Positions 1 to 9,004 of a stretch of 64,000 nt of DNA are shown here, one piece after another (the stretch's first letter is position 1; every line of letters begins with the position of its first letter). The position numbers and the translations under genes are program-made. This DNA is from a virus, in the IMG/VR virus record IMGVR_UViG_3300043172_001413; one strand, given 5' to 3'. Below the pieces are notes generated by a model. That model did not search any database. It worked only from the letters and a program-made list of their open reading frames with translations, and was not told the origin of the DNA.

Positions 1-85
1 TATCTTCAGCCATGATATATCCGTGGTCTTTTTTAAATTCTTTTTCAGCGTGGGAAAATGTGTCAATAATTTCAACTTTACGCAT
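1..85 (-). CDS. hypothetical protein, 5' portion only (gene runs off window start); N-terminus MRKVEIIDTFSHAEKEFKKDHGYIMAED
   Basis: ATG at complement 83-85 preceded by GGAG 5 nt upstream; overlaps stop of upstream gene (TAAATATG); open to window edge. Confidence 0.35.
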   Translation of the reverse strand, partial: MRKVEIIDTFSHAEKEFKKDHGYIMAED

Positions 86-87
86 AT

Positions 88-891
88 TTACTCCTTCAGC
101 CATTTTACAGCATTTAACATGATATAGGGATTATCATTAAGACATCCTATAGATCTATTACACTTTCCACATAAGAGCCCTCTAATTTTATTAGTCTTGT
201 GGTTATGGTCTACACAAGGATTTAAGGGTACTTTAATTGTAAAACTTCTTTCACATATCCCGCATCTGTTACTCTGTTGAAATAGCATTCCATTAAATTG
301 TTCTAAAGTTATGTTATAATCTCTTTTTAAATTGTGTTTTTTAAATCTCCCGAATTTCAGAATAGATTCCGAATATTCTGGTATGTCTGTCTTTCCCTTT
401 CTCCTAATCCATTTGAGAGCTTTAAATAATAATTTTATGTCATCATTAAGGCCTCCGATTCCACTGTTACATTTACGACATAAAAGTCCTCTTATTCTTT
501 TATCTTCTTTATGTGTATGATCTACACAAGGGGAAAAAGAAGGACTTGTAAATATAAAATCCCCTTCACAGATACCACACTTATTTCCCTGATTTTTTAA
601 AAAAGTATTAAATTCTTGAAGTGTGATATTGTATTTCTTCTTTAATTTTTGATTTTTTACTTTATCTTTATTATTTTTTTTCCATTCTTTTCTATATTTT
701 GTATAATATTCTTTGAGATTGAGTCGGTGCTCCTTATTGTATTTCTGGATTTCTTTTTTGTGGGTTAATTTATATCTTCTTTTTATCCTGTGAACTTTAT
801 CGCTGTTATTTAAACACCATATCTTTTGTACGGCATACATCTTTTCTTTTTCTATTGTACTCATCTCTTTTCTATAATCTTTAAGAGGCAT
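88..891 (-). CDS. tandem-duplicated recombination endonuclease VII (HNH-like) domain protein
   Basis: Two copies of the Endonuclease_7 signature C-G-I-C-x(n)-C-V-D-H-x-H-K-x(3,4)-I-R-G-L-L-C-x-K-C-N-x-x-I-G (res ~105-150 and ~215-260), as in T4 gp49-type HNH resolvases. Confidence 0.7.
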   Translation of the reverse strand: MPLKDYRKEMSTIEKEKMYAVQKIWCLNNSDKVHRIKRRYKLTHKKEIQKYNKEHRLNLKEYYTKYRKEWKKNNKDKVKNQKLKKKYNITLQEFNTFLKNQGNKCGICEGDFIFTSPSFSPCVDHTHKEDKRIRGLLCRKCNSGIGGLNDDIKLLFKALKWIRRKGKTDIPEYSESILKFGRFKKHNLKRDYNITLEQFNGMLFQQSNRCGICERSFTIKVPLNPCVDHNHKTNKIRGLLCGKCNRSIGCLNDNPYIMLNAVKWLKE

Positions 892-894
892 AAT

Positions 895-1155
895 TTAATT
901 ACCATAAAATTTGATACGAAGCGAACCTTCCATAATCCCATCTGGACCAATCATTCCTATATCATTCTTAAGGAAGAGAGGCCATCTCTTCTCAAATTCT
1001 CCGGAAGCGAAAATGCCTTTTTCCTCCATCATTTTCACTATCAGACTCTGGCGTAATTCCAGGTTATAGATATTTCCTCGGTACTGATCAAGAATTTGAC
1101 TCTGCTGATCAGTTTTTAGGATCAGAAGCTTATTATCTTCGGCCATACTATTCAC
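895..1155 (-). CDS. hypothetical protein
   Basis: 86-aa ORF, same strand as neighbours, tight spacing. Confidence 0.4.
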   Translation of the reverse strand: MNSMAEDNKLLILKTDQQSQILDQYRGNIYNLELRQSLIVKMMEEKGIFASGEFEKRWPLFLKNDIGMIGPDGIMEGSLRIKFYGN

Positions 1156-1339
1156 TTTCTTTTAAATGTGTAAATTGTTGTTTTTTATAATTCTGGTAGT
1201 ATACCATTTTATCTATTTCTTCATAATAGCGATCTAGAATTCTTCTAACCATTTCGGTGAAAGAAATTTCTCGTTCATTTGCGTCCTTCTGAATACGGGC
1301 TATTTGATTGCTGGAGAAGTAGATCATCTTCTTTGTCAT
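1148..1339 (-). CDS. hypothetical protein
   Basis: 63-aa ORF overlapping upstream gene by 8 nt (operon-like). Confidence 0.35.
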   Translation of the reverse strand: MTKKMIYFSSNQIARIQKDANEREISFTEMVRRILDRYYEEIDKMVYYQNYKKQQFTHLKESE

Positions 1340-1416
1340 TATGTGTTACCTTTATGTTATTTTGACACATATATAACATACATGTATTAATAGATTATTA
1401 CAAAGTAATAACTCTG

Positions 1417-1504
1417 TTATTACAGGGTTATTACAGGGTTATTACAGGGTTATTACAGGGTTATTACAGGGTTATTACAGGGTTATTACAGGGTTATTAC
1501 AGGG
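1417..1504. repeat. tandem repeat, 8 x 11 bp unit TTATTACAGGG
   Basis: Perfect head-to-tail copies read directly. Confidence 0.9.
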
Positions 1505-1584
1505 TTATTATAACAGGGTTATTATAACAGACAGGATTTTTATAACAGACAGGATTTTTATAACAGGCAGGATTTTTATAACAG
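1505..1584. repeat. tandem repeats: 2 x TTATTATAACAGGG then 3 x ACAGGATTTTTATAACAG (third copy G-variant)
   Basis: Read directly from sequence; share TTATAACAG/ACAGG core with the 11-bp iterons. Confidence 0.85.
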
Positions 1585-1612
1585 GGTTTTAATAATCTCT
1601 TAATACGGTGAA

Positions 1613-1635
1613 TCTATATATATATATATATATAG
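1613..1635. repeat. (TA)n dinucleotide tract, about 11 units
   Basis: tatatatatatatatatatatag. Confidence 0.9.
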
Positions 1636-1862
1636 AAAAAGGAACCGTGAAGTATGGTCACGATTCCTCGTTGAAGATATGGGAATTTGTTTTAAAATTT
1701 TATCTGAATTTAAATCTGGATGTTATTCTATCTCTATTAGCAATTATTTCATTTTTGAAATAATTAAAAGAACTATTATGAGTATTATAACATTCGACAT
1801 AATAATTCTCCTTTCCTTTTAAAAATAAAAGGGTTCCCATGCCTCCTTTTTTGATTCAAGAA

Positions 1863-1893
1863 AACAGGGAGAAGTCTAAATCTTTTCCCTGTT
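1863..1893 (-). terminator. putative rho-independent terminator downstream of dnaJ-like gene
   Basis: AACAGGGAGAAG-TCTAAAT-CTTTTCCCTGTT hairpin; on minus strand followed by GTTTTCTTG U-rich tract. Confidence 0.4.
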
Positions 1894-1994
1894 TCTATAC
1901 ATAAATTACCTTTTTTCTAAATCAATATGCTGTTTTACATAAGAAATAGGCACCTCGCTCATATCCTCGAAATTCCTCTTGCAATATTTCCCCT

Positions 1995-2978
1995 TCAGTG
2001 TCTGCACAAAGAATTTAATCTTGTACCGACTTTCTCCTTTTCTATTTGTAATAATTTTTGGTAAAGTTCTTTTTCCTCTTTGGATAGTATTAAGGGAATA
2101 TTAATATAAACGATGGCTTTGAAATATCCTGTTTTTCCTTCATAAGTTATTCCAGCATTTTTCATCTCAATAATGTGTCCATTGCGAGTTCCCGGAGGTA
2201 TTTCTACTGTAATATCTTTGTCAAAGACAACCAACTTCACTGAATCACCAAGAACTGCTTGTGCTGGACTTATTCTCACTTTTCCTTTAATATCCAACCA
2301 CTCTACTTTATAATTAGGGTCTTCTATTATATCCAGATCAATAAAAAGTTCTCCGGCTATGCCCCCGAAACAGCAATTCCCCAGACCCACGAGTACCGTG
2401 GAACTTGCCATTAAAGGATGAAGTGTTATTTTTCTACGTATTATCTCATTAGTTAAAGCGGTTCCTTTGCAATCAAAACATGGCAGACCTGCCGGTGTCT
2501 TCCCGGCTCCTTTGCAGTACTGGCATTTTTTTCTCTCTCCAAGAGCCAGGGAAAAACCCTGTAATCCTGTGCCGTTGCAATAGACACATTTTTTTGTTTT
2601 TCTTTCCAGTGAACCGGTGCCCTCACATTTTTTACACAATCCCTTTCTTTTTGTAACAATAAGTCTTTCTGCTCCGCGTATCAACTCAGCTCTACGAACC
2701 TTTACGTTAATTCTCAGGTCAGTGCCTTTTCTTTTCGGTCTCTCAGTTTTAGTTTTAGGTTGTGCCCAACTAAACTGAGAATTATATTTTTTCCTCTTTT
2801 CCGGATCTTTAAGTATTTCATATGCTTTAGTAGCTTCACCAAACATTTCTTCAGCCACTTTATTCCCGGGTTTTTTATCCGGGTGATATTTCATAGCAAT
2901 TTTTCGGTACGCCTTTTTTATTTCATCTACTGAGGCATTCCTTGAAACTCCAAGAATATCATAGTAATTTTCTAACAT
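1995..2978 (-). CDS. dnaJ: DnaJ-like molecular chaperone (J domain + four CxxCxGxG zinc-finger repeats + C-terminal domain)
   Basis: N-terminal YYDILGV...HPDK J-domain with HPD motif; CKKCEGTG, CVYCNGTG, CQYCKGAG, CFDCKGTA repeats. Confidence 0.8.
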   Translation of the reverse strand: MLENYYDILGVSRNASVDEIKKAYRKIAMKYHPDKKPGNKVAEEMFGEATKAYEILKDPEKRKKYNSQFSWAQPKTKTERPKRKGTDLRINVKVRRAELIRGAERLIVTKRKGLCKKCEGTGSLERKTKKCVYCNGTGLQGFSLALGERKKCQYCKGAGKTPAGLPCFDCKGTALTNEIIRRKITLHPLMASSTVLVGLGNCCFGGIAGELFIDLDIIEDPNYKVEWLDIKGKVRISPAQAVLGDSVKLVVFDKDITVEIPPGTRNGHIIEMKNAGITYEGKTGYFKAIVYINIPLILSKEEKELYQKLLQIEKEKVGTRLNSLCRH

Positions 2979-3056
2979 ACTAGAAAAATAGTATAGGTTT
3001 ACCGTGTGTCATATAAGAATGGTACAATTTTTTGGGGTGGGTATTAAAGCAAAATT

Positions 3057-3476
3057 TTACGTGAAGTCATAAAAAATTCTGAAATTGGCCTCATCTAAGC
3101 CGTCTGCCAGTTCTGTGACTTGTGCATCAATCCACAGGTAATCAGAGACGTTAGTATGCCAATCGAGAGAAACGCCGTTGGGTGAGGCAGCGGTGGCATT
3201 GGGGACTTCAATAAAATGAGTCGATAATTCCGTACTGCCTGATTCTATTGAAGGGACAAAAAATTGGGATTTATAATAACCGAAGTCGGTGTCTTTCCAG
3301 GCACCTTTATTTTCAAGAAAAATCTGCAGGTTAGTGACAGTAGCCTCTGTTTCAGAGAGAACCCTTAGAACGATAGGTTTAATGCAATGCTGTCTCTGGA
3401 TGAGGTCGCCAAAATCCAGGGCGTCAGCCTGGTCTATCACTTCACCGCTTATGTAGTCATATACTTCAAAAATCAT
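3057..3476 (-). CDS. hypothetical protein
   Basis: 139-aa ORF, no recognisable motif. Confidence 0.45.
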   Translation of the reverse strand: MIFEVYDYISGEVIDQADALDFGDLIQRQHCIKPIVLRVLSETEATVTNLQIFLENKGAWKDTDFGYYKSQFFVPSIESGSTELSTHFIEVPNATAASPNGVSLDWHTNVSDYLWIDAQVTELADGLDEANFRIFYDFT

Positions 3477-3764
3477 TTAAGATATCCTTGAGTTTTTTAC
3501 GCTTTTATAACCTTTTTTACGGAGTTCCTTTTTAATATGAGCCGTCATATTCTCAGCTAGACGTGCGCTGAAACCGGCTCCAGAGACTCTCATTTTATTC
3601 TCTACTGGCATACCTATGTCTGTACCGCAACTCCAGCCCCAGGATTGTTTGCCGTTGGTAAAAGAACTACAGAGTTCCTCTGGTAAATTATCAACGATAT
3701 CATCAATATCCTTTTCCAGGATATCAGTACTTACTGTGATGATAGTACTCCAGCTCATATGCAC
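3477..3764 (-). CDS. hypothetical protein
   Basis: 95-aa ORF abutting upstream gene. Confidence 0.4.
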   Translation of the reverse strand: MHMSWSTIITVSTDILEKDIDDIVDNLPEELCSSFTNGKQSWGWSCGTDIGMPVENKMRVSGAGFSARLAENMTAHIKKELRKKGYKSVKNSRIS

Positions 3765-3932
3765 TCCTTAATAATAATTAATAGATTATTGTAGTAGCGA
3801 CGCAGAGGCAAAAGGCACAGGCGAAAAATGCAAGCATGAATTTATTAAATTTTTCTTCCCGTTCCTCTTTGTAAAGTCTCACAATAGCCTTATTCATCGT
3901 GGTAGTGAAACTATCGATGACTTTTTCCATGA

Positions 3933-4322
3933 TTAAATTCCCTTCTGACCGGCGACTAAGAATCCTGTTTCTTCCAGGCTCATATCAACGTCTGTAGGAT
4001 TAAGTTTGAATTTTTCAAGATCCTTTTTTATTTCTATGGGTCCATTCATTCCTACCCAGAGGGCGTATTTAAAGGTTTTTTCGTTACCCGGAATTGGGAT
4101 TCTTGATACATATTCTTCTCCATAAATATGTAAGGGCAGTCCAATCAGGCGCACGCGGCTTTCTATTTCACGAAGTATCTTTTCTGCTTCTGATAGTGTG
4201 GCACCGTGTTTAATACCCTCGACAAGAAACTGAGAGACCGTCCCAGCGTGATTGTATTTAGGTTGATTAATAACTTCATGCATGTCAATTAAGAATTGTT
4301 TAAATTTAAATTTCTTTTCCAT
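3933..4322 (-). CDS. hypothetical protein
   Basis: 129-aa ORF. Confidence 0.45.
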   Translation of the reverse strand: MEKKFKFKQFLIDMHEVINQPKYNHAGTVSQFLVEGIKHGATLSEAEKILREIESRVRLIGLPLHIYGEEYVSRIPIPGNEKTFKYALWVGMNGPIEIKKDLEKFKLNPTDVDMSLEETGFLVAGQKGI

Positions 4323-4490
4323 ATACTTAATATAATTTCATGTGTGTATTATAAAGCTTCCATGATTATCTTCATGTCCGATAGAGAAATTATATTTTTC
4401 ACAAACTTTAACAATCTCTTTGAGAAAATTATCAACTTCATAGTTTTCTTCACTCTCTCTTAGAACTATATTCCATCGTTCCATAATACC

Positions 4491-4760
4491 TTACCCTTCT
4501 GTTTGATATAATTTCTTATTGTATTTTTTAAGCCATTCTTGATACTTCTCACGTTCATCAGTAAGAGGTTCTTTGGACGTGAATTCTTCTCGAGCACACT
4601 TCTCACAGAAAGGTACTGAGCCAATTTTTACCATAATAAGTTCTACAGCATCACACTTGACACATTGATAATTATTAATATAATGAACATGTTTAATCTT
4701 TGAGTTCATTATTACATCAAACCAGCCAGACAAACTACGATCTTTATTCTCTTTATTCAT
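4491..4760 (-). CDS. small zinc-ribbon protein
   Basis: CVKC...CEKC paired CxxC motifs. Confidence 0.4.
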   Translation of the reverse strand: MNKENKDRSLSGWFDVIMNSKIKHVHYINNYQCVKCDAVELIMVKIGSVPFCEKCAREEFTSKEPLTDEREKYQEWLKKYNKKLYQTEG

Positions 4761-4763
4761 AAT

Positions 4764-4955
4764 TTACTCCCATTCGATTATATCACTACTCTCAAATGAT
4801 CTTGTATTTCCACATGAATCTTTACCTTTATAATAGTAAACTAATCTACTTTCTACTTTAGTTATTTTTACGTTTTTAAAGAAGCTACTTCCAGTAACTA
4901 TCTTTCTATTGAGGTTAACAACTTCTCCTATCTTATGTTCTTTTTTAGTTTTCAT
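4764..4955 (-). CDS. hypothetical protein
   Basis: 63-aa ORF, 3 nt from neighbour. Confidence 0.3.
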   Translation of the reverse strand: MKTKKEHKIGEVVNLNRKIVTGSSFFKNVKITKVESRLVYYYKGKDSCGNTRSFESSDIIEWE

Positions 4956-4993
4956 GACTTTTTACCTTTTAAGGAGTTACATTCCATACTGTA

Positions 4994-5392
4994 TCACTTA
5001 AAGTAACCCCTTAATTCATCGATTACATCTAACCGAATTCTCGCCCTTAAAGTATCGGGATCGTCTGAGTGCCTCTTTATGTATTTCGTTAATCGTTGGG
5101 TTACTTCTCCCACAATTTCGCAATGAGGGCATTTAGGGCAGTAATGCTCTTTTCTCCATTTATATATCTTTGTACGAGGAAATGATGTTTTGTTGAGTAT
5201 GGAATCCCCTTTTACCGTATAGATAAAAATACTGTCTCCTTTTTTCTCAGTTTTATATGTGATTGTAGAGTCAACATAAGAATCTTCCGGGATGCCTAAT
5301 TCTGCTGGATGTACCTTGTCTCTGGAGAGCTGGAAGACCGTAAATGAGAGAGCTACAACAACCACTAGACAGATATGTAATGCGTATTTCAT
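4994..5392 (-). CDS. hypothetical secreted/membrane-anchored protein with CPKCPHC motif
   Basis: N-terminal hydrophobic segment LVVVVALSFTVFQL; CxxCxxC. Confidence 0.45.
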   Translation of the reverse strand: MKYALHICLVVVVALSFTVFQLSRDKVHPAELGIPEDSYVDSTITYKTEKKGDSIFIYTVKGDSILNKTSFPRTKIYKWRKEHYCPKCPHCEIVGEVTQRLTKYIKRHSDDPDTLRARIRLDVIDELRGYFK

Positions 5393-5408
5393 AATTTCAT
5401 TAACTCCT

Positions 5409-5717
5409 TTACTCTTTTTTGTGATTCAGTGAGCAGACATGCTCACAGCAGGGTCCCTTTAGTAGTCTGTATTCTTTTAAACTTTCTAGTAGAGCAGTAT
5501 TTGCACTGTCAAGGCTGATTTTGGCAGCATTGGCTTCTTTTATTTCCTTTCTCAACTCTGACTCTTGGGCAGCTAATGTTTTAGCCATTTCAACTTGTGC
5601 CTTGTCCTTTCTAGTTTCCTCCTGTTCACTATAGCGTAAAATCATAAAGACAATGCCAATAGAGACAACTGCAGCAAAAAGATATCCTATGATCCGAAGA
5701 ATTATTTTCTTTTTCAT
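5409..5717 (-). CDS. membrane-anchored coiled-coil protein (type II topology), C-terminal Cys cluster
   Basis: N-terminal TM IILRIIGYLFAAVVSIGIVFMIL then heptad-rich segment. Confidence 0.45.
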   Translation of the reverse strand: MKKKIILRIIGYLFAAVVSIGIVFMILRYSEQEETRKDKAQVEMAKTLAAQESELRKEIKEANAAKISLDSANTALLESLKEYRLLKGPCCEHVCSLNHKKE

Positions 5718-6136
5718 TTTTTTCTCCCCTGAAGTTTCTTTCTCAGTGTGTTGAAAAATTCTTTTACCACGGCTTCTCCAAGCTGTTCCTGTGAGAGCCT
5801 GTCATTACATATCTCACAATCTTTAAGATGTTCAGAGATTTCTATTTTTTGTTCATCAGTCAGGTTTTCCATCCAGGAATAATGAACATTATTGATATCC
5901 TCAGTAAAAACCCTCTGGTAAATGTGTCCTACTGAGTCAAAGATATCATAGTGCATAATAAATTTTGCACCGCATTTCCGGCATTTGCATAGTTCTTGCC
6001 AGTACCTGGGTTCAGTACGTATTTCTTCCTTGAAGGCAAAATTTGCAATATCTGTAAGGTCTGAGTTACAATGTTGACATAGTTCCTCAGTACTCCCTAT
6101 ATCTACTTTTTGTAGACATTCCCAGTCTTCGTACAT
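5714..6136 (-). CDS. zinc-finger protein
   Basis: CQHC, CKCRKC, CEIC motifs. Confidence 0.45.
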   Translation of the reverse strand: MYEDWECLQKVDIGSTEELCQHCNSDLTDIANFAFKEEIRTEPRYWQELCKCRKCGAKFIMHYDIFDSVGHIYQRVFTEDINNVHYSWMENLTDEQKIEISEHLKDCEICNDRLSQEQLGEAVVKEFFNTLRKKLQGRKK

Positions 6137-6696
6137 TTTTTCTTCCTTATTAGTTTATTAAGATTTCTCTTAGCTGCAGAACGTTTTTTATTCACAACCA
6201 GACATATCTGACAGAGAGCATCACTGTGTTTTGCGATGGGTCTTTTACCACAATTCCCACACAGACCCATATTATATCTTCTTCTGTGTGTAGCGGAAAT
6301 ACATTGTATGCAACCCTTTTTGCCCTTAACTACTTTTCTCTTTTCGCAATAAGGACAGATACCTTTTTTGAGTAATTTTTTCCTTCTCTCTTGTTTGTAG
6401 ATTCTTTTTTTCTCTTTACATTCATCACAGGATTTTATCAGACCCTTTCGTCTGCGCTCTTTAGTAGAGAGAGGGTTTCCGCAAGAAAAGCATTCTTTGT
6501 TTTTTCCTCTTCTGACAAGTCTGGTGATGTTGTAGATTTGTGTTTTGGTGACACCGAATACTCTTGCTACTGTACTGGCAGGTGTGTTCTCTTCATCTCT
6601 GAGAGAGAATACAGCAAGTTTCTCTCTTATAGTCCACGGATGGTTCTGCAGTGGTTTAACTCTGCTTAGATACCACCTCGGTCTTTTTACTGCCAT
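6103..6696 (-). CDS. putative transcriptional regulator (N-terminal HTH, multiple CxxC zinc ribbons)
   Basis: HTH-like TVARVFGVTKTQIYNITRL; six CxxC pairs; very basic. Confidence 0.45.
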   Translation of the reverse strand: MAVKRPRWYLSRVKPLQNHPWTIREKLAVFSLRDEENTPASTVARVFGVTKTQIYNITRLVRRGKNKECFSCGNPLSTKERRRKGLIKSCDECKEKKRIYKQERRKKLLKKGICPYCEKRKVVKGKKGCIQCISATHRRRYNMGLCGNCGKRPIAKHSDALCQICLVVNKKRSAAKRNLNKLIRKKKCTKTGNVYKK

Positions 6697-6818
6697 CCTT
6701 CCTCCCGGTTTTCAGTTCATATTCTATTTCATTTATATTATACCGGCTTTTTAGTAGGATTATTCATAAATCTTTAAAAAAGAAGGAAAATACAGCTATT
6801 TCATTGATTTCATGAGGG

Positions 6819-7142
6819 TTAACAGTGTTTAAAAAACTTCTGTACGAGGCTCTTTTTTGGCTTTTTACTCTTAGGAACAGTTAATTTGAGTCTTTTCGCT
6901 TTCGGTGGCGTAACATGCTTTATTTTTCTCGGTTTCTTGAACCAGGTAGGTTTGTACCGCATAAACATTTTTCTATGTTTAAGGACACTTTTATGGGTTC
7001 GCATATATCTGCGTCTTTGCAGGCGTATTTTTGCTCTATTGCGTCGATAATAGAGGCGAGATTTAAGTCTGACGGAGGCAGGCCTGCGCTTTGGGGGTTT
7101 TACTCTGAGCTTAATGGCTATTAAAATTCTTTCCATACACAA
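6819..7142 (-). CDS. highly basic (K/R about 40%) small protein, possible DNA-condensing/histone-like or internal protein
   Basis: Composition of 107-aa ORF. Confidence 0.4.
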   Translation of the reverse strand: MCMERILIAIKLRVKPPKRRPASVRLKSRLYYRRNRAKIRLQRRRYMRTHKSVLKHRKMFMRYKPTWFKKPRKIKHVTPPKAKRLKLTVPKSKKPKKSLVQKFFKHC

Positions 7143-7162
7143 GAGAGGGTATAAATAGATTA

Positions 7163-7690
7163 TTACATTATGTCATGCTTTTTCTTGAAAGTATAGAGAC
7201 GGTACTCAGGTGAATCTCTTAAGTCCTTTTCAAGAGTATCATGCTCATTTAGTAATTCCTGCACTTTTTCACTCTTGAGATGGCCCCGACTGATTTTATT
7301 TTGGATCTCTTTCATTCTTTTCAGGGGCTTTGTAACTTTCCTATACATATTATTCTGACCCTGGAGGGCTGACTGGTTTTTTAGCCTATGGCAGATTTTA
7401 CAGAGGTATCTTCGTTCACGATTTGTGCCAGCTGGAGGGAGAAATAATTTGCTGGCCCTTTTTCCACATTTAGGGCAGGCAAAAAACCACCGGTGACCGC
7501 CGAGATGGTTCTTCAATGCTTCGTAATTAAATACCTGGTCATTGACAGAGAATTTTTTAAGTTCTTCCAGTGTATGAACATAGACTTCTTCTATAGAAGA
7601 GTCCGGATAATCCCGTTTAAGAAGTTTTTTTATTGTCTTCTGTAGAGAATTAATGTTAATAGAAGAACATTTTTCAACGGTTAACTGCAT
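7163..7690 (-). CDS. zinc-ribbon protein
   Basis: CPKCGK...CKICH. Confidence 0.45.
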   Translation of the reverse strand: MQLTVEKCSSININSLQKTIKKLLKRDYPDSSIEEVYVHTLEELKKFSVNDQVFNYEALKNHLGGHRWFFACPKCGKRASKLFLPPAGTNRERRYLCKICHRLKNQSALQGQNNMYRKVTKPLKRMKEIQNKISRGHLKSEKVQELLNEHDTLEKDLRDSPEYRLYTFKKKHDIM

Positions 7691-7946
7691 AGAAACATGC
7701 CTTTTTAAAGTAAATAACTGTTCATGAATAAAGAAATATCGATAGATTATTAGAATAAACTGTTGAAAAAGGTATTTAATTTATAAAATAATAATTTATT
7801 TTGATTTTGTGAAAATAAAAAATATATTAATACGTAGTCATGTTTAAGGAGGACAAAATGACATAGATTAAAATAAGACCACCGTAATAATTATACTCTT
7901 ACAGTATTGACTAACTAATTTTTTAACAATTATCAGGAGTATAATT

Positions 7947-8231
7947 ATGAGTATGAAAGAAGAGTTAAAATCAGAAGCAGCAGCTATAAGAAAGAATAAC
8001 CTAGAAACAAAGCGTCTTCAGAAAAACGGCGAGTATGCCGGTAACCTGCAATTTTCCCGTATTTCCTTAAAGAAGAATTTCCGTCATAAGCATATTGCTT
8101 ATTGTATGCTTGCAGGGAAAACTTACAAACAAATTGAACCCAAATGTGCTGAGAACAATAAACCCGATATGACTCGGATTAAGGAGCTTATGGATGAGTA
8201 CGCCAAAGAAAATGTATGTGTTAGTGCGTAA
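7947..8231 (+). CDS. hypothetical protein
   Basis: 94-aa ORF with upstream AGGAG. Confidence 0.4.
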   Translation: MSMKEELKSEAAAIRKNNLETKRLQKNGEYAGNLQFSRISLKKNFRHKHIAYCMLAGKTYKQIEPKCAENNKPDMTRIKELMDEYAKENVCVSA

Positions 8232-8505
8232 AGACCTTGATAAGGTCTACGGCGGAGTACAAGCCGGCCATGCACTGACGGCGTACTCCTTAAAGGGTGA
8301 TCAAGGCCTCTTTTATGAATGGGGAAACAGTGATCTTATTTATCTGGGTGTCCCCAATGAGAATGTCCTGAATTTATGGACAGAGAAACTAACTGCTATG
8401 AAGAAAGCTTGGGTAGGGTTCTGGGAACCCGATCTTCAGAATCAGTTAACGGCAGTTGCATGTATTAGTCCGGAAGAGACGTTTAAAAAGTTGAGATGCT
8501 ATTAA
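8194..8505 (+). CDS. peptidyl-tRNA hydrolase, PTH2-like
   Basis: MYVLVRKDLDKVYGGVQAGHALTAY parallels PTH2 [25 protein letters not shown]; C-terminal TAVACISPEE parallels TVLAIGPGP; sits immediately 5' of tRNA cluster. Confidence 0.55.
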   Translation: MSTPKKMYVLVRKDLDKVYGGVQAGHALTAYSLKGDQGLFYEWGNSDLIYLGVPNENVLNLWTEKLTAMKKAWVGFWEPDLQNQLTAVACISPEETFKKLRCY

Positions 8506-8512
8506 AATTAAT

Positions 8513-8707
8513 CGGCGGGTAGCTCAGTTTGGAAGAGTACCAACTCGATTATCTTGAACACGGAGGTTACGGCGGTCTGCAGACTAAAGTGGTTTAAGTT
8601 TCTTGATATATCGACATGGAAGAGTGAAAAGTCCGCTACCGGAGTGGGCCGGAAACAATTCTGTGAACCTGTTGGGAGTCGGAGGTTCGATTCCTTCACC
8701 GCCGACC
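8513..8707 (+). tRNA. tRNA-like gene with about 119-nt insertion in anticodon loop (putative intron); isotype undetermined
   Basis: Acceptor CGGCGGG/ACCGCCG, D-arm GCTCAGTTTGGAAGAGT, anticodon stem CCAAC(8540-8544)/GTTGG(8671-8675), T-arm GGAGGTTCGATTCCTTC, discriminator A then CC. Confidence 0.5.
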
Positions 8708-8760
8708 GATTTAAAAAATGAATAATTTGATAAGGATGTTTGTATAATGTATATGAATAC

Positions 8761-8992
8761 CGGCGAGTAGCTCAGCCCTGGTAGAGCACCGGTACCGATA
8801 CCTGGGGTATGGAGACCATGGATGTTTGCAAGCTGAAATGGTTGAGATATTTTAGGAACCTCGGCAGTGTAAGAGGAGAGAAGCAGGACGGGTTCAAAAT
8901 GATTCATGAATTGTTCTGAACGAGGTCGTTTCTCGAATTAATAAGCTGAAACATACCGGAGGTCGCGTGGTTCAAATCCCGCCTCGCCGACC
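8761..8992 (+). tRNA. tRNA-like gene with about 154-nt insertion in anticodon loop (putative intron); isotype undetermined
   Basis: Acceptor CGGCGAG/CTCGCCG perfect, D-arm GCTCAGCCCTGGTAGAGC, anticodon stem CCGGT/ACCGG, T-arm GCG(T)GGTTCAAATCCCGC with one bulge, discriminator A + CC. Confidence 0.5.
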
Positions 8993-9004
8993 GTTTTAAA
9001 AGGA

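Larger units (their letters stand above)
1395..1667. promoter_or_regulatory. iteron-rich origin-like / regulatory region (inverted repeat TTATTAC-N3-GTAATAA, 11-bp x8 iterons, 14-bp x2 and 18-bp x3 repeats, (TA)11, 10-bp-stem hairpin)
   Basis: Directly visible tandem arrays in a 650-bp ORF-free intergenic region between two minus-strand genes. Confidence 0.45.

Noticed and set aside
1417-1584. Tandem short repeats considered as a CRISPR array
   Set aside because: Units are 11-18 bp with no unique spacers between them and no cas genes. They are iterons, not CRISPR.
8508-8907. Minus-strand ORFs 8508..8699 and 8584..8907 from the six-frame track
   Set aside because: They lie antisense across the two tRNA-like genes and their insertions, have no RBS, and have odd composition. 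They are treated as spurious.
8545-8954. Group I introns as the identity of the tRNA insertions
   Set aside because: Insert sizes (about 119 and 154 nt) are below the usual minimum for group I introns, and no clear P7/G-site or hammerhead (CUGAUGA...GAAA) core was seen by eye. Left as unassigned insertions pending covariance-model search.
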